Positions 62,462 to 64,000 of a DNA stretch of 64,000 nucleotides are shown here, piece by piece. Source of the stretch: Fidelibacterota bacterium (GTDB lineage Bacteria > Fidelibacterota > Marinisomatia > Marinisomatales > Marinisomataceae); contig OZ243041.1 in assembly GCA_965212055.1 (NCBI GenBank), positions 768,001-832,000 on the forward strand, written 5' to 3'. Made by a program: the position numbers and the translations under genes. Position 1 is the first letter of the stretch, and every line of letters starts with the position of its first letter. Under the pieces are notes generated by a model. The model ran no database searches and was not told the origin of the DNA. It was given only the letters and a program-made list of their open reading frames with translations.

Positions 62462-63336
62462 TGAATAACAAAACTTTTTTACCTTTTGTAGCATTATGCC
62501 TCATCTGGGGATCAACATGGTATTTTATTACAGTTAGTGTTGTTGATTATCATGTGCCACCAATCTATGCAGTAGGAATACGATTTCTTCCATCAGGTTT
62601 ATTATTCTTATTAATAATTTTATTAAGAGGAGAATCTATTCCTATAAATAAAGAATCAATAAAATTGTATCTTTATTTTTCCCTATTAAATTTTAGTCTA
62701 TCCTATGGAATTACCTATAATGAAATATCTAAGGGATTAGAATCAAGTATATCAGCTGTTATATGGGGTTTATTCCCTATAATAACTAGTATAATGGCAC
62801 ATTTTATGATATATCATGATCCAGATGAAAGATTAACAAAAAATAAATTAATAGCTTTAGTAACTGGATTCATAGGATTGTTCATTATTTCATTTAGTGG
62901 AGAGATGGATAAATCATTAGGAATTGGATTTTTAGTATTTGCTATATTTGCAGCAGCATATCCAAGCGTTCTTTACAAAAAAAATCAAAAAGTAGTTAAT
63001 CACTATCAGATGAATGCTGTGTGTCAAATTATTACAGGAGTGGTGATGCTATCTTTATCTTATTTTGTAGGAGAAGAAACTCACACTATAAACTGGAATC
63101 AGGAATTAATCATTGCAACCTTATATCTAATTATTATGGGGGGAGTAATATCATGGGGTATTTATTTTTGGTTATATCAACACCTTACTGTAACTCAAGT
63201 AACATATGTTGCAATCTTTCCCCCAATTGTAGCAATTATCGTTGGATATGTATTTCTAAACGACCAATTTCAACCACACGAAATAATAGGAACAATTCTT
63301 ATTTTAGGTGGTTCAGTACTTATATATAGGAAATAG
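62461..63336 (+). CDS. EamA/DMT-family transporter
   Basis: IWGSTW start, about ten TM segments in two repeats. Confidence 0.85.
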   Translation: MNNKTFLPFVALCLIWGSTWYFITVSVVDYHVPPIYAVGIRFLPSGLLFLLIILLRGESIPINKESIKLYLYFSLLNFSLSYGITYNEISKGLESSISAVIWGLFPIITSIMAHFMIYHDPDERLTKNKLIALVTGFIGLFIISFSGEMDKSLGIGFLVFAIFAAAYPSVLYKKNQKVVNHYQMNAVCQIITGVVMLSLSYFVGEETHTINWNQELIIATLYLIIMGGVISWGIYFWLYQHLTVTQVTYVAIFPPIVAIIVGYVFLNDQFQPHEIIGTILILGGSVLIYRK

Positions 63337-63365
63337 TGGAGTATAATTTTTAAATTAACACTATA

Positions 63366-64000
63366 ATGATGGAAAAAATAAAAAGATCACTACTCGCTGG
63401 TATTATTACAATGATACCAATTGCTTTAACTGTATATGTATTACAAGCAATATTGATTCTCATATTTACAATCGGAGGGAAAATAGCAGAACCTTTAAAT
63501 AAGATTGAATCTCTAAAGAATTTTGCTGAGGGTAGTTTTATTGGTTTTGATTTGTTGACTTCTTTCATTGGATTATTTGTCGTATCAATCATATTAATTA
63601 TTGTTGGTTTCTTCGCACGCAATGTATTAGGAAAACGTGTTGTAAATTGGGTTGAAGGAATTTTTACTAGAATTCCATTAATTGGCATGATTTATAGCAC
63701 AACGAAACAAATTATCCAATCAATCTCCGGAACAAAAAATAATTCATTTCAAAAAGTAGTATTTATTGAATATCCAAGAAAAGGTGTTTGGACATTAGGA
63801 TTTGTTACAAAAGAAACTCACAATGATAATGACGAAAGATTTTATAATTTATTTGTACCAACAACACCTAATCCTACATCTGGTTTTTTCTTAATCATTC
63901 CTATTGAGGATGTTAAAGAAACTGATATTAGCATTGAAGAAGGATTTCAGATGATTGTCTCTAGTGGGATGGTTTCTGGAGATAAAACTCCAATTTCAAA
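63366..64000 (+). CDS. DUF502 membrane protein (runs off window end)
   Basis: Manual translation: RIPLIGMIYSTTKQI, VFIEYPRKG..TLGFVT, LFVPTTPNPTSGF. Not in the ORF track. Confidence 0.88.
   Translation, partial: MMEKIKRSLLAGIITMIPIALTVYVLQAILILIFTIGGKIAEPLNKIESLKNFAEGSFIGFDLLTSFIGLFVVSIILIIVGFFARNVLGKRVVNWVEGIFTRIPLIGMIYSTTKQIIQSISGTKNNSFQKVVFIEYPRKGVWTLGFVTKETHNDNDERFYNLFVPTTPNPTSGFFLIIPIEDVKETDISIEEGFQMIVSSGMVSGDKTPIS

Noticed and set aside
63350..63688. 112-aa minus-strand ORF
   Set aside because: Antisense to the DUF502 gene on the + strand.

Overview
A very AT-rich, densely packed bacterial chromosome segment using standard code 11, with short or overlapping intergenic regions. Gene content and style (Na+-NQR, T9SS/FlgD-type C-terminal domain, bS22-type ribosomal protein, Cys-less SecA tail) suggest a streamlined marine FCB-group organism, plausibly Ca. 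Marinimicrobia/SAR406 (inference). Most of the window is core genes: nqrABC and partial nqrD, nadK, HU, mltD, serS, tsaD, rpsA, cmk, scpAB, trpS, fur, a frameshifted pcrA/uvrD, mltG, secA, nusB, aspS, a full atp operon, parAB, tdh-kbl and secDF, plus tRNA-Asp(GTC) and tRNA-Leu(TAG). The stand-out accessory locus is 28618-34762: a lipoprotein with 2 PKD domains and a cohesin-like domain, followed directly by a ~1700-aa secreted mosaic protein. That protein has an Asp-box beta-propeller with an inserted cupredoxin-like module, then PKD, cleaved-adhesin, FN3-like, dockerin-like and T9SS-type C-terminal domains. The pair is a candidate cohesin-dockerin cell-surface anchoring system in a non-cellulosomal marine bacterium. 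Also found: a 31-aa ribosomal protein ORF missed by the ORF track, tRNAs abutting start codons, and a YhaM homologue with a degenerate HD site. All domain calls were made by motif recognition by eye; no searches were run.
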